A DNA stretch of 64,000 bases from assembly GCA_963847705.1 (NCBI GenBank), contig CAWKBC010000029.1, positions 32,001 through 96,000 on the forward strand, read 5' to 3'. A program made the position numbers and the translations under genes. The DNA comes from an uncultured Pseudomonadota bacterium (GTDB taxonomy: Bacteria; Myxococcota_A; Polyangia; Fen-1088). Shown piece after piece: positions 1-8,756 of this stretch; position 1 is the first letter of the stretch, and each line of letters starts with the position of its first letter. The notes under the pieces are model-generated. The model ran no database searches, had not been told where the DNA came from, and saw only the letters and a program-made list of their open reading frames with translations.

Positions 1-1
1 C

Positions 2-727
2 GGTTGGGTCCTGTGGACGGCCTTCGTTGTGATCGCCTTCGTGGTCCGGCAGATCGTTCACGTCGCGATCTTCACCCTGGTCACGCCGCTCTTCTCGGGC
101 CGCATCTCGCTGGTCATCGTCGGCGGTCTGGCCGCGTTGATGGCCCCGGGGATCAGGCGCTCGATCCTGCGGGTCAAGAACGATCGCCTGGAGAGCCTCC
201 TGCGGCGGCAGGCCAACGAGGTCGCGGCCGATGATTGGGCGGCCCTCGAGAGCGCGCCCAACGACACCGTGGTCTCGGCCGTCGGATGGGTGCGCGGGCG
301 CCAGTACCTCGGCAAACCGATCGGCGGCGAGCCGGCCGTTGGCGTGGCGCTGCCCTGCCAGCATCAATTCCCCGGCGTCTTCGAATCGCTGCACGACTTC
401 GAGCTCGTCGACGAAGAAGGTCGAGCGATCCTCATCCAGGCCTCCGAAGGGCGCATGTTCGGCAAACCCAACGTCGCCCTCGACAGCCATGAGCTCCGTC
501 ATCTCTACGCAGACCTCGGCGTCCCCTCCGGCGCAACCAACTCCGGCTGGCACATCCACAGCCTGCGCAGCGGCGATCCGGTGATGGTCGTGGGGTACAA
601 ACAGACGGTGCTCGATCCCAGCGAGCCGAGCTTCCGCGGTCCCCAAGGCCGTCTGGCCCTCGCGTCATCGCCCCCCTGCCCCCTGATGATCTTCTCCCTG
701 GCGGCCCAGCGCCGGCCGGCGACCTAG
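2..727 (+). CDS. Hypothetical membrane protein, 5'-partial
   Basis: Frame is open from position 2 (GWVLWTAFVVIAF...). Two N-terminal hydrophobic segments, then a soluble domain ending ...LRSGDPVMVVG..., loosely GIDE-like. Confidence 0.7.
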   Translation, partial: GWVLWTAFVVIAFVVRQIVHVAIFTLVTPLFSGRISLVIVGGLAALMAPGIRRSILRVKNDRLESLLRRQANEVAADDWAALESAPNDTVVSAVGWVRGRQYLGKPIGGEPAVGVALPCQHQFPGVFESLHDFELVDEEGRAILIQASEGRMFGKPNVALDSHELRHLYADLGVPSGATNSGWHIHSLRSGDPVMVVGYKQTVLDPSEPSFRGPQGRLALASSPPCPLMIFSLAAQRRPAT

Positions 728-855
728 CCAGCGCGCGACCGGCAGAGGCGCTCGGTCATCCTCGGCGGAGCCGACGTCGTTGGCGGTGACGTCGACGGGC
801 GCGCCCCTCGGCAGCGGACGCGGGTCGCCCTGGTTGGTCTCCCTGGTCGCTCCTT

Positions 856-1035
856 CGGGCCAACATCTCGCAGATGGTGAAGGACGCCAAGGCCAAGGCG
901 CCACGCCGGCAGCAGTATCAGGCGCTTGGCACCGAGATGACGCACACCCACGCCGCCGGCGCCGCGAAGATCGCCGGCTTCGTCGAGAGCGCGCTCGAGT
1001 GGCAGAACATCGGCCTCGCCAGGTTCCTGCGATAG
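856..1035 (+). pseudogene. Decayed C-terminal fragment of an SGNH/GDSL (rhamnogalacturonan acetylesterase-like) esterase
   Basis: Translates RANISQMVKDAKAKA...THTHAAGAAKIAGFVESALEWQNIGLARFLR*, resembling the 'DxTH..x.GA..IA' end of SGNH esterases. No N-terminal GDS block. Confidence 0.4.
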
Positions 1036-1060
1036 GCGCCGGCCGCGACGACGCCGTCGC

Positions 1061-1909
1061 TCAACGAACGTGCGTTCGTTCCAGCTTCTTGAGCCGCTCG
1101 AGCAGCTCGGCGTTCATCTCGTCGACCTTCTCGTGCAGGTGCGCGATCTCCAGCTCCGCCTTCAGGTTGACCTGGTACTCGATGTCGTTGCGGGTGCGAT
1201 CGCGGGCGACCTGGCGGTTCTGGCTGAGCAGCACGAACACCGACAGGATGATCGCCTCCAGTGATACGCACATGGTGAGAAAGCCGTAGGGAAAGGGATC
1301 CCAGCCGCCCAGGACGGTGCGCGCCAGCGGGCCGGTGTTGAGGACGATCCAGAGCGCGAACAGGATGCAGTGGATGAAGAGGAACGGGAGGCTGCCGCTG
1401 AACTCCGAGATCCAGTCGGCCATCTTCATGACCGTCGTGCGCGTGTCCTCGACCTCTTCGTTGATGTCGCGCGAGGCGGCGTGGCGGAGCTGGCGCGACG
1501 CCTCCCGCAGCCGCTTGCCGGTCGCGGTGAGGAGATCCATCGCCGCGGCCGGGTGCTGCTTGAGCAGCGCCTCGATGTCCTCCCGATCGACCACCACCCC
1601 TTGCAGATCCTGGGTCACCAGGGCCGAGGCCGTGCGCGGGCCCGCGTCGATGAGCGACAGCTCCCCGAAGAAATCGCCCGCCCCCGCCCGCTCCAGCACG
1701 ATGCGCTGGCCGGTGTCGTTCTTGAAGAAGATCTCCACCTCCCCTTCGCGGACGATGTAGAGCGAGTCGCCCGGATCGCCGTAGCTGAAGAGGATCTTGC
1801 CCGCCGGCGCGCTGATCGCCTCCACCTTGGCCGCCAGCGCCGCCCGCTCGTCGGCGTCGAGCAACTGGAACAGCGGAACCTCCGCCAGGATTTCGGGATC
1901 GGCGCTCAT
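1061..1909 (-). CDS. Cyclic-nucleotide-binding domain + DUF1003 membrane protein
   Basis: cNMP motifs GDPGDSLYIVREGEV and GDFFGELSLIDAGPRTASA. DUF1003 motif DPFPYGFLTMCVSLEAIILSVFVLLSQNRQ. Start taken at MSADPEIL. Confidence 0.92.
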   Translation of the reverse strand: MSADPEILAEVPLFQLLDADERAALAAKVEAISAPAGKILFSYGDPGDSLYIVREGEVEIFFKNDTGQRIVLERAGAGDFFGELSLIDAGPRTASALVTQDLQGVVVDREDIEALLKQHPAAAMDLLTATGKRLREASRQLRHAASRDINEEVEDTRTTVMKMADWISEFSGSLPFLFIHCILFALWIVLNTGPLARTVLGGWDPFPYGFLTMCVSLEAIILSVFVLLSQNRQVARDRTRNDIEYQVNLKAELEIAHLHEKVDEMNAELLERLKKLERTHVR

Positions 1910-2018
1910 GGGTGGCTCGCTGAAGGGCGCCGCGCAATATCGCATGGGGACCGGCCCACGCAAGGCGCCCACTTCTTCGGCGTCCTCTGACGCCAAGCGG
2001 AGTGTCAGCCGGTCGCGC

Positions 2019-2279
2019 TCAGCCGAGCGCGCCGAGCTCGCGGCGCTCGGTGGCGGCCAGACAGGCCGGGCAGTTGGCCGCCAGGCGCCAGGACTCGGGA
2101 TCGAGCGCCACCGGCACCTCGAACTCGAACACGCCCCCGCGTCCCGCTTCGCCGATGCGGACGCCGCACAGCGCCCTCCACTGCGGACCCTCCTCCGACG
2201 TGAGCCACTCGGGGACCCGCTCGACGCGGTGAACCGTGCTCTCACTGTAGACGGGAGCGGTGATCTCGCGGAAGCCCAT
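2019..2279 (-). CDS. Small hypothetical protein, possible His/Cys3 zinc finger
   Basis: H...ALCG...NCPAC pattern; non-random amino-acid composition. Confidence 0.55.
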   Translation of the reverse strand: MGFREITAPVYSESTVHRVERVPEWLTSEEGPQWRALCGVRIGEAGRGGVFEFEVPVALDPESWRLAANCPACLAATERRELGALG

Positions 2280-2448
2280 CGTGATCAGGTTATTCACGCT
2301 GGCGCGGGTTGGCGCAAGGCTGGAGCACGAATTGTTGCCAACTTTGCCTGGTGGCGCCGCTTTTCCCGTCCTTTCCCTACCTCCAACCTACCTTGCTGGC
2401 CACATGAGCGTCGGCGCGGAGGACCTGTCCGTGGTAGTCTCCCGCGCA

Positions 2449-2640
2449 ATGGCGACGGGTGATGAAAAGCGGGCGGCGATTGTCGCCCGGCAGGCCGAAC
2501 GCGAGGAAGCCGAGCGCAAGTTGAAGGGTCCCTCGACCTCACCGGCTGCGCGACCACGCAAGCCACGAACCAACTGGGCCGCGACCCGTCCGATTCACGG
2601 CAACCCCCGCGGCCGCGCTCCCAACAAGCCCGAAGAATAG
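2449..2640 (+). CDS. Small basic hypothetical protein
   Basis: MATGDEKRAAIVARQAEREEAERK...; TG-G-TAGTCT -10-like element just upstream. Confidence 0.5.
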   Translation: MATGDEKRAAIVARQAEREEAERKLKGPSTSPAARPRKPRTNWAATRPIHGNPRGRAPNKPEE

Positions 2641-2698
2641 ATTCCGCCGCGGCGCCATCCGACTGACGCCACGAGCTGGCGTCCCACCGCGCTCCACC

Positions 2699-3484
2699 AT
2701 GCAATTCCGCCCGGCAACGCTCGACGAGCTGACCATCGACGATCGTGCCCCGGCCGTGGGGGTGGCGATCTATCAGCGGCTGGAGGCGTTCTTGCGAGGC
2801 TCGGGGCACCGCTTTTTGATCCCGGAGGCGGGCCAGCAAGCCAGCTGGGATCGGGCGCTGTTCTTGAACCTCACCTACTGGAACGCAGAAGCCGGGGCCG
2901 ACGTGCTCTGCGACGACCACATCCCCGCCGACGTCGTCGCGCATGTCGCCTGGCACGAGCTGGCCACGCGGCGGATTGCCCCCCCGCCGGGCTCCCCGCG
3001 ACGGTCGCCCAGCAGCGACGGGCTCTTCTTCGCGGAATCGATCGCCAGCGCGTTCGACCTCTATCTGGTCGGCCGCCTCCTGCCGCGCGCCGCTGACTCC
3101 GACTTCCTCGCCACGCAGGTGCCGCTGATGGCGGAGTGCGCCGACAGCGCGGGGCTCCCCGAGGCTGGCTTCTCCGCGCTGCTCGAGGAGGTCACGCGGG
3201 CTCCCGAGCGTGCTTTCGAGGATCTTCGCGCGCTGCTGTTCGACGCGGCCTGCGCGCTGGTCGCCTGTGAGACGGCCACCGCCGCCCAGGCGGCGCTGGA
3301 GGGGCTGGCCGGCCACCGGTTCGCGCCGCTGCTGCACCACTACCAGCTCTCGAACTGGATCCTCTATGCGCGCGCCTATGCGGCCCCCTCGTCCGAGCCG
3401 GACGAGGGGGTGCGCAGGCTCGATCGAACGTTGAGGGAGGCCCCGGTCTCGCTCGACTGGCTCGACCAGAACTGGCTCGGTTAA
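2699..3484 (+). CDS. Hypothetical protein with HxxxH...E (zincin-like) motif
   Basis: 261-aa ORF with typical codon bias; AHVAWHELA followed by FFAESIA. Confidence 0.8.
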   Translation: MQFRPATLDELTIDDRAPAVGVAIYQRLEAFLRGSGHRFLIPEAGQQASWDRALFLNLTYWNAEAGADVLCDDHIPADVVAHVAWHELATRRIAPPPGSPRRSPSSDGLFFAESIASAFDLYLVGRLLPRAADSDFLATQVPLMAECADSAGLPEAGFSALLEEVTRAPERAFEDLRALLFDAACALVACETATAAQAALEGLAGHRFAPLLHHYQLSNWILYARAYAAPSSEPDEGVRRLDRTLREAPVSLDWLDQNWLG

Positions 3485-3487
3485 GGA

Positions 3488-4273
3488 GTGAAGATGACGT
3501 CCTCTTGGCAGACCCTCGATCGCGCGCTCACCAGTGACGGCAGTGAGCTGACGCTCTGCTGGTTCGAGGATCACTTCTCCGAGCGGTTCGCCCTGCGCGT
3601 CGACGGCCAGGAGCTGATGCACAGCAACAGCCACGGCTCCGAGGAGAAGCTGGCGGTCCACGGCTGTGCCGGGCTGGCCACGCGCCCGCAGGCGCGGGTC
3701 CTGGTCGGCGGGCTGGGCATGGGCTTCACCGCCCGCGCCGCGCTCGACCGCGTGGCCTCCGACGCCGAGGTGGTGGTGGTGGAGGCGGTCGGCCAGGTGA
3801 TCGTCTGGAACCGCGACCCAGGCCTCCTCGGGCAGCTGGCCGGGATGCCGCTCGGCGATCCGCGCCTGACCGTCGTCGAAGGGGACGTGGGCGACGTGAT
3901 CGAACGGGCGGCCGCGGCGACGACCGAGACGGCGCGATTCGACTCCATCCTGCTCGACGTCGACAACGGTCCGACGGCGCTGTCGACCTTCACGAACCGG
4001 CGGCTCTACACCGTCGCCGGCCTGACGAGCGCGCGCCAGGCGCTGCGCAGCGACGGCGTGCTGGCGGTCTGGTCGACGTTCGCCGACGCCAGGTTCACCG
4101 CGCGCCTGCGCGAGGCGGGCTTCACCGCGCGCACCATGCGCGTGCTGGCCGGCGACGGCACCGACCGGCGCCACATCTTGTGGCTGGCCCGGCCGGCGGG
4201 CGCCGCTCAGTCGGGCTTGGGCCGCGATGTCTCCAGGCGGAAGAGATATCGAACGCCCGCCACCATCGTGTAG
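3488..4273 (+). CDS. Spermidine-synthase-like SAM-dependent methyltransferase
   Basis: VLVGGLGMGFT SAM-binding motif, FDSILLDVDNGP, ELMHSNSHGSEEKLA. Confidence 0.88.
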   Translation: MKMTSSWQTLDRALTSDGSELTLCWFEDHFSERFALRVDGQELMHSNSHGSEEKLAVHGCAGLATRPQARVLVGGLGMGFTARAALDRVASDAEVVVVEAVGQVIVWNRDPGLLGQLAGMPLGDPRLTVVEGDVGDVIERAAAATTETARFDSILLDVDNGPTALSTFTNRRLYTVAGLTSARQALRSDGVLAVWSTFADARFTARLREAGFTARTMRVLAGDGTDRRHILWLARPAGAAQSGLGRDVSRRKRYRTPATIV

Positions 4274-5112
4274 TCGACCAGGCGCGGTCCGAGCAGCTGC
4301 GTGCCGGCCCTGGCAAACAGGCCCACCCGACCGATCACCAGGCTCCCGACCTCGGCGAGGCCATAGAAACGCGCGCCGCTGTTGCTCCTGAAATCGACGG
4401 TGGTGTTCAGGTCGAGCTTGAGCCAGTTGTATTGCTTGCCGAACAGGATGCTGCCGAAGTCGGTGGCCAGCTGGTTGATGTTGGGCCGGCCGGCGTCGCC
4501 AGCGACGGAGAACTGGTCCTGCGCGACACCGTACGCGAGCCACCAGCGATAGGGCTTGAAGGCTGCCCCCACGCCGAGCTCCAGCTGCTGCTTGCCGGCC
4601 CCCAGCGTCGGCTGGGTGGCGGTGTTCAGGATGGTGCCGGCAAGCAGCGCCCCCACCGCCCGGGCGTTGGACGCGACGATGCCGATCAGGCCGACCTGGA
4701 GATCCCCGATGCCCGAGACCTGGCCGGCGGGTGTCTCCATCAGCCGCGCCGGAACCTGGTAACGCAGCAGCAGCCGGCGGAGAAACTGGATGTCGATCTC
4801 GGCCGTGGTGTCGTGAATCGACACCCCACCCTCGAGCTTGGTGAAGGTCTGCCGCAGCTCGAGCCGGGGGATCAGCTCGACCGGGCTGACGCCGGCTCCC
4901 CCTTCCGGCTCCTCCGCGATGTCGGCCTCTTCGGCCGGGCCGCCCGCGGGGACCTCCGACGGTTGCGGGATGTGTGCTGGCCCCAGCGTCGGCGTCGGGG
5001 CCTGGCCTGGCTCGACCACGAGCAGGGCGGCGCCGAGAAGGGTCGCGAGGAGCAGCACGGCGGTGGCTCCATCGTGAGGCGTCTCGCCGATGGGGGAAGC
5101 GGGGGCGCCCAC
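4207..5112 (-). CDS. Putative outer-membrane beta-barrel / transporter-family protein
   Basis: Signal-like hydrophobic stretch, SGIGDLQV motif, alternating beta-strands ending AGVRYLF. Start codon uncertain. Confidence 0.7.
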   Translation of the reverse strand: MGAPASPIGETPHDGATAVLLLATLLGAALLVVEPGQAPTPTLGPAHIPQPSEVPAGGPAEEADIAEEPEGGAGVSPVELIPRLELRQTFTKLEGGVSIHDTTAEIDIQFLRRLLLRYQVPARLMETPAGQVSGIGDLQVGLIGIVASNARAVGALLAGTILNTATQPTLGAGKQQLELGVGAAFKPYRWWLAYGVAQDQFSVAGDAGRPNINQLATDFGSILFGKQYNWLKLDLNTTVDFRSNSGARFYGLAEVGSLVIGRVGLFARAGTQLLGPRLVDYTMVAGVRYLFRLETSRPKPD

Positions 5113-5120
5113 TTGCGGGA

Positions 5121-5260
5121 GGTGCCGTACGAACGTCGCGAGGCCGGTGGCACCCCTCGTCCACGAGGGTAACCGGACGAACGTCCCGAGGCCAGTGGCA
5201 CCCCTCGTCGACGAGGGTGCCGGACGAACGTCGCGAGGCTAGTGGCACCCCTCGTCGACG
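5121..5260. repeat. Three tandem 47-48 bp units with an internal palindrome
   Basis: Units start at 5121, 5168 and 5216; consensus GGTGCCGGACGAACGTCGCGAGGCYAGTGGCACCCCTCGTCGACGAG. Confidence 0.9.
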
Positions 5261-6735
5261 GTCCCGTTGCAGTTGTCATCGATCCCGTTGCCGCAGATCT
5301 CGGTCGCCCCCGGGTGCACGGCCGCGTTGTCGTCGTTGCAGTCTTCGCACCAGCGGTAGCCGTCACCGTCCTGGTCGGCGCCCGTGCCGTTCCGCTCGCA
5401 GTCCACGAAGGTCTGGAGAAACTGGGCCCGCTCCGCCACGACGTCGTGCGCGGTGGTCACCGCCATCTGGAACTGCGCCGGCGACGCCCAGGTGTGCGGA
5501 TCGGCCGCCACGTCGGCCGCGATCTGCTGCGACCAGGTGTCGATCCATCCCTGAATCTGCGGGACGTTCCACTTGCCGAGCTGGGTGGCGATGGCGTCGA
5601 CGTACTTGCTCCGCCAGGTCGGATCGTTCATCACCGCCAGCCAGGCCACGCCGGGAGCCGGCGCCGGCGCGGCGCGGCCCACCCACCAGTAGATCGGGTG
5701 GTCGTCGAACGGGGTGAGGTCGAACAGGCTCAGCCAGTCGAACGTCGAGTCGGTGTCGTTCGGCAGGTAGACGAAGCCCTGCGCCCCCTGGTCGTAGATG
5801 TAGAGGTTGTGCGTTCCGCCGTAGGTCCCGTCGGCGTTGTTGAGCAGCGCCTCGCTGGCCCACTCGACGACCGACGACTGCAGATCGACGATCGCCGAGA
5901 GGCTGGCGAGGTCGGTCGCCTGCGCGAAGGCCATCTTCCGGCTCTGGTTGGCCGCCTGCAACGTGAGGCCGGTCTCCGGTTGGATGGCCCCCTTCCAGAG
6001 CCCGCCGCTCGGGTTGCTGGGGAAGAACTCGGCGATGACGCGCTTGTTGGTGTTCTCCTCGGCCACGAACATCCCGTAGTAGGCGCCGTTGATCTCCACC
6101 CGGGCGTTGGCCGCGCAGCCGGCGGCGATCCCCACCTGCCGCAGCCAGGTGTGCGCCAGCCGATCATGCATGAAGGTCCAGTCGCTGCGGGGCATGTCGA
6201 ACACCAGCTTCTCGATCCCGTGGAATTTTCCGTTGGGGTCGCTCTCGTGAAACGAGATGTCGAACTGAATCTTGGCGCGGGTGCCGTCCAGCGTCGCCGC
6301 CTGCGCCCACGACGACTGGCCGTGCAGCTTCAGCGTCGCGTCGCTGACCGTCTCGCTCCCCATGTGGAACACGACCGGATGACGGACCACGAAGTCGTTC
6401 CCCGAGGCCGTCAGGGTCGCCACCTGGTTGAACTCGTTCATCACGCTGGCCCATTCGCTCGGATCGATGTCGATGGAGTAGGTCCGGACCATGTTCGGAT
6501 CGAAGAGGTCCGCACAGGCCGGCCCGCCTCCCACCGGCGCCGATGCATCGACGAACGTTCCGCCCGTGGCGCCCGACGCGCCGGAGGTCCCCCCGCCGGC
6601 GCCGCTGGCGCCGCCGCCACCACCGCCCGTTGACGGCGTGCCGCCGGCGCTGCCTCCCCCTTTCGAGCCGCACCCCGCAAGCGTCCCCACCGCCACCACC
6701 ACCACCACCGACCACCAACGCCAGCCCATGCCCAC
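5239..6735 (-). CDS. CotH-kinase-family lipoprotein with C-terminal putative metal-binding (MopE-type) motif
   Basis: Lipobox LAGC and Gly-rich linker; CotH motifs LKLHGQSS, NNADG...HNLYIY, PNDTDSTF; C-terminus DQDGDG...DCNDDNAAVHPGATEICGNGIDDNCNG. Confidence 0.88.
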   Translation of the reverse strand: MGMGWRWWSVVVVVAVGTLAGCGSKGGGSAGGTPSTGGGGGGASGAGGGTSGASGATGGTFVDASAPVGGGPACADLFDPNMVRTYSIDIDPSEWASVMNEFNQVATLTASGNDFVVRHPVVFHMGSETVSDATLKLHGQSSWAQAATLDGTRAKIQFDISFHESDPNGKFHGIEKLVFDMPRSDWTFMHDRLAHTWLRQVGIAAGCAANARVEINGAYYGMFVAEENTNKRVIAEFFPSNPSGGLWKGAIQPETGLTLQAANQSRKMAFAQATDLASLSAIVDLQSSVVEWASEALLNNADGTYGGTHNLYIYDQGAQGFVYLPNDTDSTFDWLSLFDLTPFDDHPIYWWVGRAAPAPAPGVAWLAVMNDPTWRSKYVDAIATQLGKWNVPQIQGWIDTWSQQIAADVAADPHTWASPAQFQMAVTTAHDVVAERAQFLQTFVDCERNGTGADQDGDGYRWCEDCNDDNAAVHPGATEICGNGIDDNCNGTVDEGCH

Positions 6736-6860
6736 CTCGTGGGGACCAACAGCAAGCGGGATGCCCGCCGGAGGGGCGACGAATCGCCGCCGGCGTTACC
6801 GCCCGGGAACGAACGCCGCGCTTCGCCCACCATGTGACAATATCGACGCCTCGGTCGGCG

Positions 6861-7458
6861 ATGACGACGACGCTGGAGCAGCTTCTCGAAGGTGAGTCGT
6901 TCGACGACGAGACCTTCGCCGGTTTCGATCTCGCGCGGGCCGACCTCAGCGGCAAGGCGTTTACAGGCTGCACCTTTCGGAACGTGAAGTTGCCGGAGAG
7001 CCGCTGGGCGCGCGCGCGACTCGAGGACTGCCTGCTCGAGGCCTGCGACCTGACCCGCCTGGCCCCGGCCGAGATGGCGCTGCGCGGCGCGCAGTTCAAC
7101 CGGTGCAAGATGATGGGCATCGACTGGAGCGGGGTCGGCGAGTATCCCGACCTCAGCTTCGCCGACTGCAACCTCGACTACTGCTCGTTCACCTCGCTGC
7201 GCCTGCGCAAGACCCCCTTCGTCCGCTGTTCCCTGGTCGAGGCGAGCTTCGTCGACGCCGATCTGACCGAGGCGCGGTTCGACGGCTGCCGGCTGACCGG
7301 CGCACGCTTCGCGCGGTGCGATCTCCGCAAGGCCTCGTTCGCCGGCGCGCAGGATTCTGTTGCTCGACCCGGCCACCAACCAGGTCCGGGGCGCGTCGAT
7401 CCCGCCCGAGGCCGCCCTGCTCCTGGCCGTCTCGTTCGGGTTCAAGCTGACGCCGTAG
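6861..7458 (+). CDS. Pentapeptide repeat protein (MfpA/Qnr-like), apparent +1 frameshift near 7355
   Basis: A(D/R)L/F pentapeptide repeats. Removing one T in GGATTCTG restores DLLLDPATNQVRGASIPPEAALLLAVSFGFKLTP*. Confidence 0.85.
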
Positions 7459-7473
7459 CTCAGGGCCCTTTGC

Positions 7474-8631
7474 TCAATAGATGGCGACGCCTGCGGTGAG
7501 CTGAGCGGCCGGCGTCCAGACCTGGTCGAGCTTGGCGAGGCTGCCGCCGGCGCGCAGCGTGAGCGCGAGGCGCGACGTCAGATCCACCTCGGCGAGCGCG
7601 CCGCCGCCAACGGACGGCCCGCTGACGTAAGTCGGGGTCGACCCGACCAGCACCTCGGTGATCGCCATTCCGCCACTGCCGAACGCGCCCAGGTGGACCC
7701 GACCCCACCCGACCGGAAACCCCTGCAGCTCGAGACCGAGAGCGTGCCGTGGCACGAGGCCACCGGTGGCGACCCCGCCGGCCAGGCCGGAGCCCCCGGC
7801 AAGCCCGATGTCGGCCAGGAGTCCCAGCTTCCGGGTGAAGAAGTAGCCCGCCTGGACGTTCATGGCCGGTCCGGCCAGGGTCGCGCCGGCAAAGTCGAAG
7901 GCGATCGTCCCCGAGTCGAGCTTGAACGTCGCGCCCCGTCGATCGAGCGGCAGCCGCTCGAGCCGCTGGAGCCCGAATCCCTCGTCGTCCATCACCTTCG
8001 CCTCGACGGTCCCGGCGACCCACCCGGGCGACAGCTCGGCCACGGAGATCGTCGCCTGCTGGCCGTTGGCGGCGCGCAGGTGAACCGGCTGCTCCGGCGA
8101 CATCGCCACGTAGCCGTCGAAGCGAACCCCCTCGCTGGAGACGAGGCCGATCGCCACCACCACGGCGACCACGACGACGATCGCCACCAGCACGGCGTCT
8201 CCGTTGCCGCCGCCCCCGCCACCGCCCCCGCCGATGTGGCCTCCTCCGCCAACGTGGCCGCCCCCGCCGACGTGGCCGCCTCCGCCGACGTGGCCGCCCG
8301 AAGCGCTCCGGCCGCCGCCTCCGCCGTGGATCGAAGCGCTCCCGCGCCCCGCTGGCCGTCGGCCGTCCGAGAGGTCGACCCGCAGGTCGGCGGCATCGTC
8401 TTCGGTCGTCGGGGGGACCGGCTCGCTCCGCCGCTCGCCGAGATCCTGGACGACGCGGACCCGCGCCCCACGCTCCGGCGGCGGCGTCGCCGCCAGCCGG
8501 GCCAGCTCCTCGTGCGGGATCACGTATTCATTCGAGGTGCACCCGACCGCCAGGGGAAGGAACGCAGCGAGAGTCACGACGCTGACGCACGCCCCTGGGG
8601 TGCGCCCAAAGCCTCGATGGGTCCGCAGCAT
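7474..8631 (-). CDS. Hypothetical lipoprotein with Gly/His repeats, internal hydrophobic segment and beta-barrel-like C-terminus
   Basis: Lipobox AVGC, GGGGH(V/I) x4, C-terminus LTAGVAIY. Confidence 0.75.
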   Translation of the reverse strand: MLRTHRGFGRTPGACVSVVTLAAFLPLAVGCTSNEYVIPHEELARLAATPPPERGARVRVVQDLGERRSEPVPPTTEDDAADLRVDLSDGRRPAGRGSASIHGGGGGRSASGGHVGGGGHVGGGGHVGGGGHIGGGGGGGGGNGDAVLVAIVVVVAVVVAIGLVSSEGVRFDGYVAMSPEQPVHLRAANGQQATISVAELSPGWVAGTVEAKVMDDEGFGLQRLERLPLDRRGATFKLDSGTIAFDFAGATLAGPAMNVQAGYFFTRKLGLLADIGLAGGSGLAGGVATGGLVPRHALGLELQGFPVGWGRVHLGAFGSGGMAITEVLVGSTPTYVSGPSVGGGALAEVDLTSRLALTLRAGGSLAKLDQVWTPAAQLTAGVAIY

Positions 8632-8756
8632 CCGCGGCTGTTGTTCAGGTTCTGTGCCACCGCGAGAGGCGCCATCGGCGCGGGTGAGCGCGGGGCAGAA
8701 AGGCGGGTGTGGCGCCCCGGCGACGGAGCCGATGTGGCAATGTCGGTCGCAGTGCA

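Noticed and set aside
2294-5248. 984-aa minus-strand ORF and other long Arg/Pro/Gly-rich ORFs (e.g. 10291-12447, 56222-58273, 60620-62989)
   Set aside because: Shadow ORFs typical of high-GC DNA; they overlap genes with recognisable motifs and have no domain signatures.
5121-5260. Mini-CRISPR or attC array
   Set aside because: The whole unit is repeated with no spacers, it overlaps a CDS end, and no cas or integrase gene is nearby.
8645-8659. Sigma54 promoter (TGGCAC-N5-CTGA, minus strand) before the 8631 gene
   Set aside because: The -12 GC dinucleotide is missing; too weak to call.
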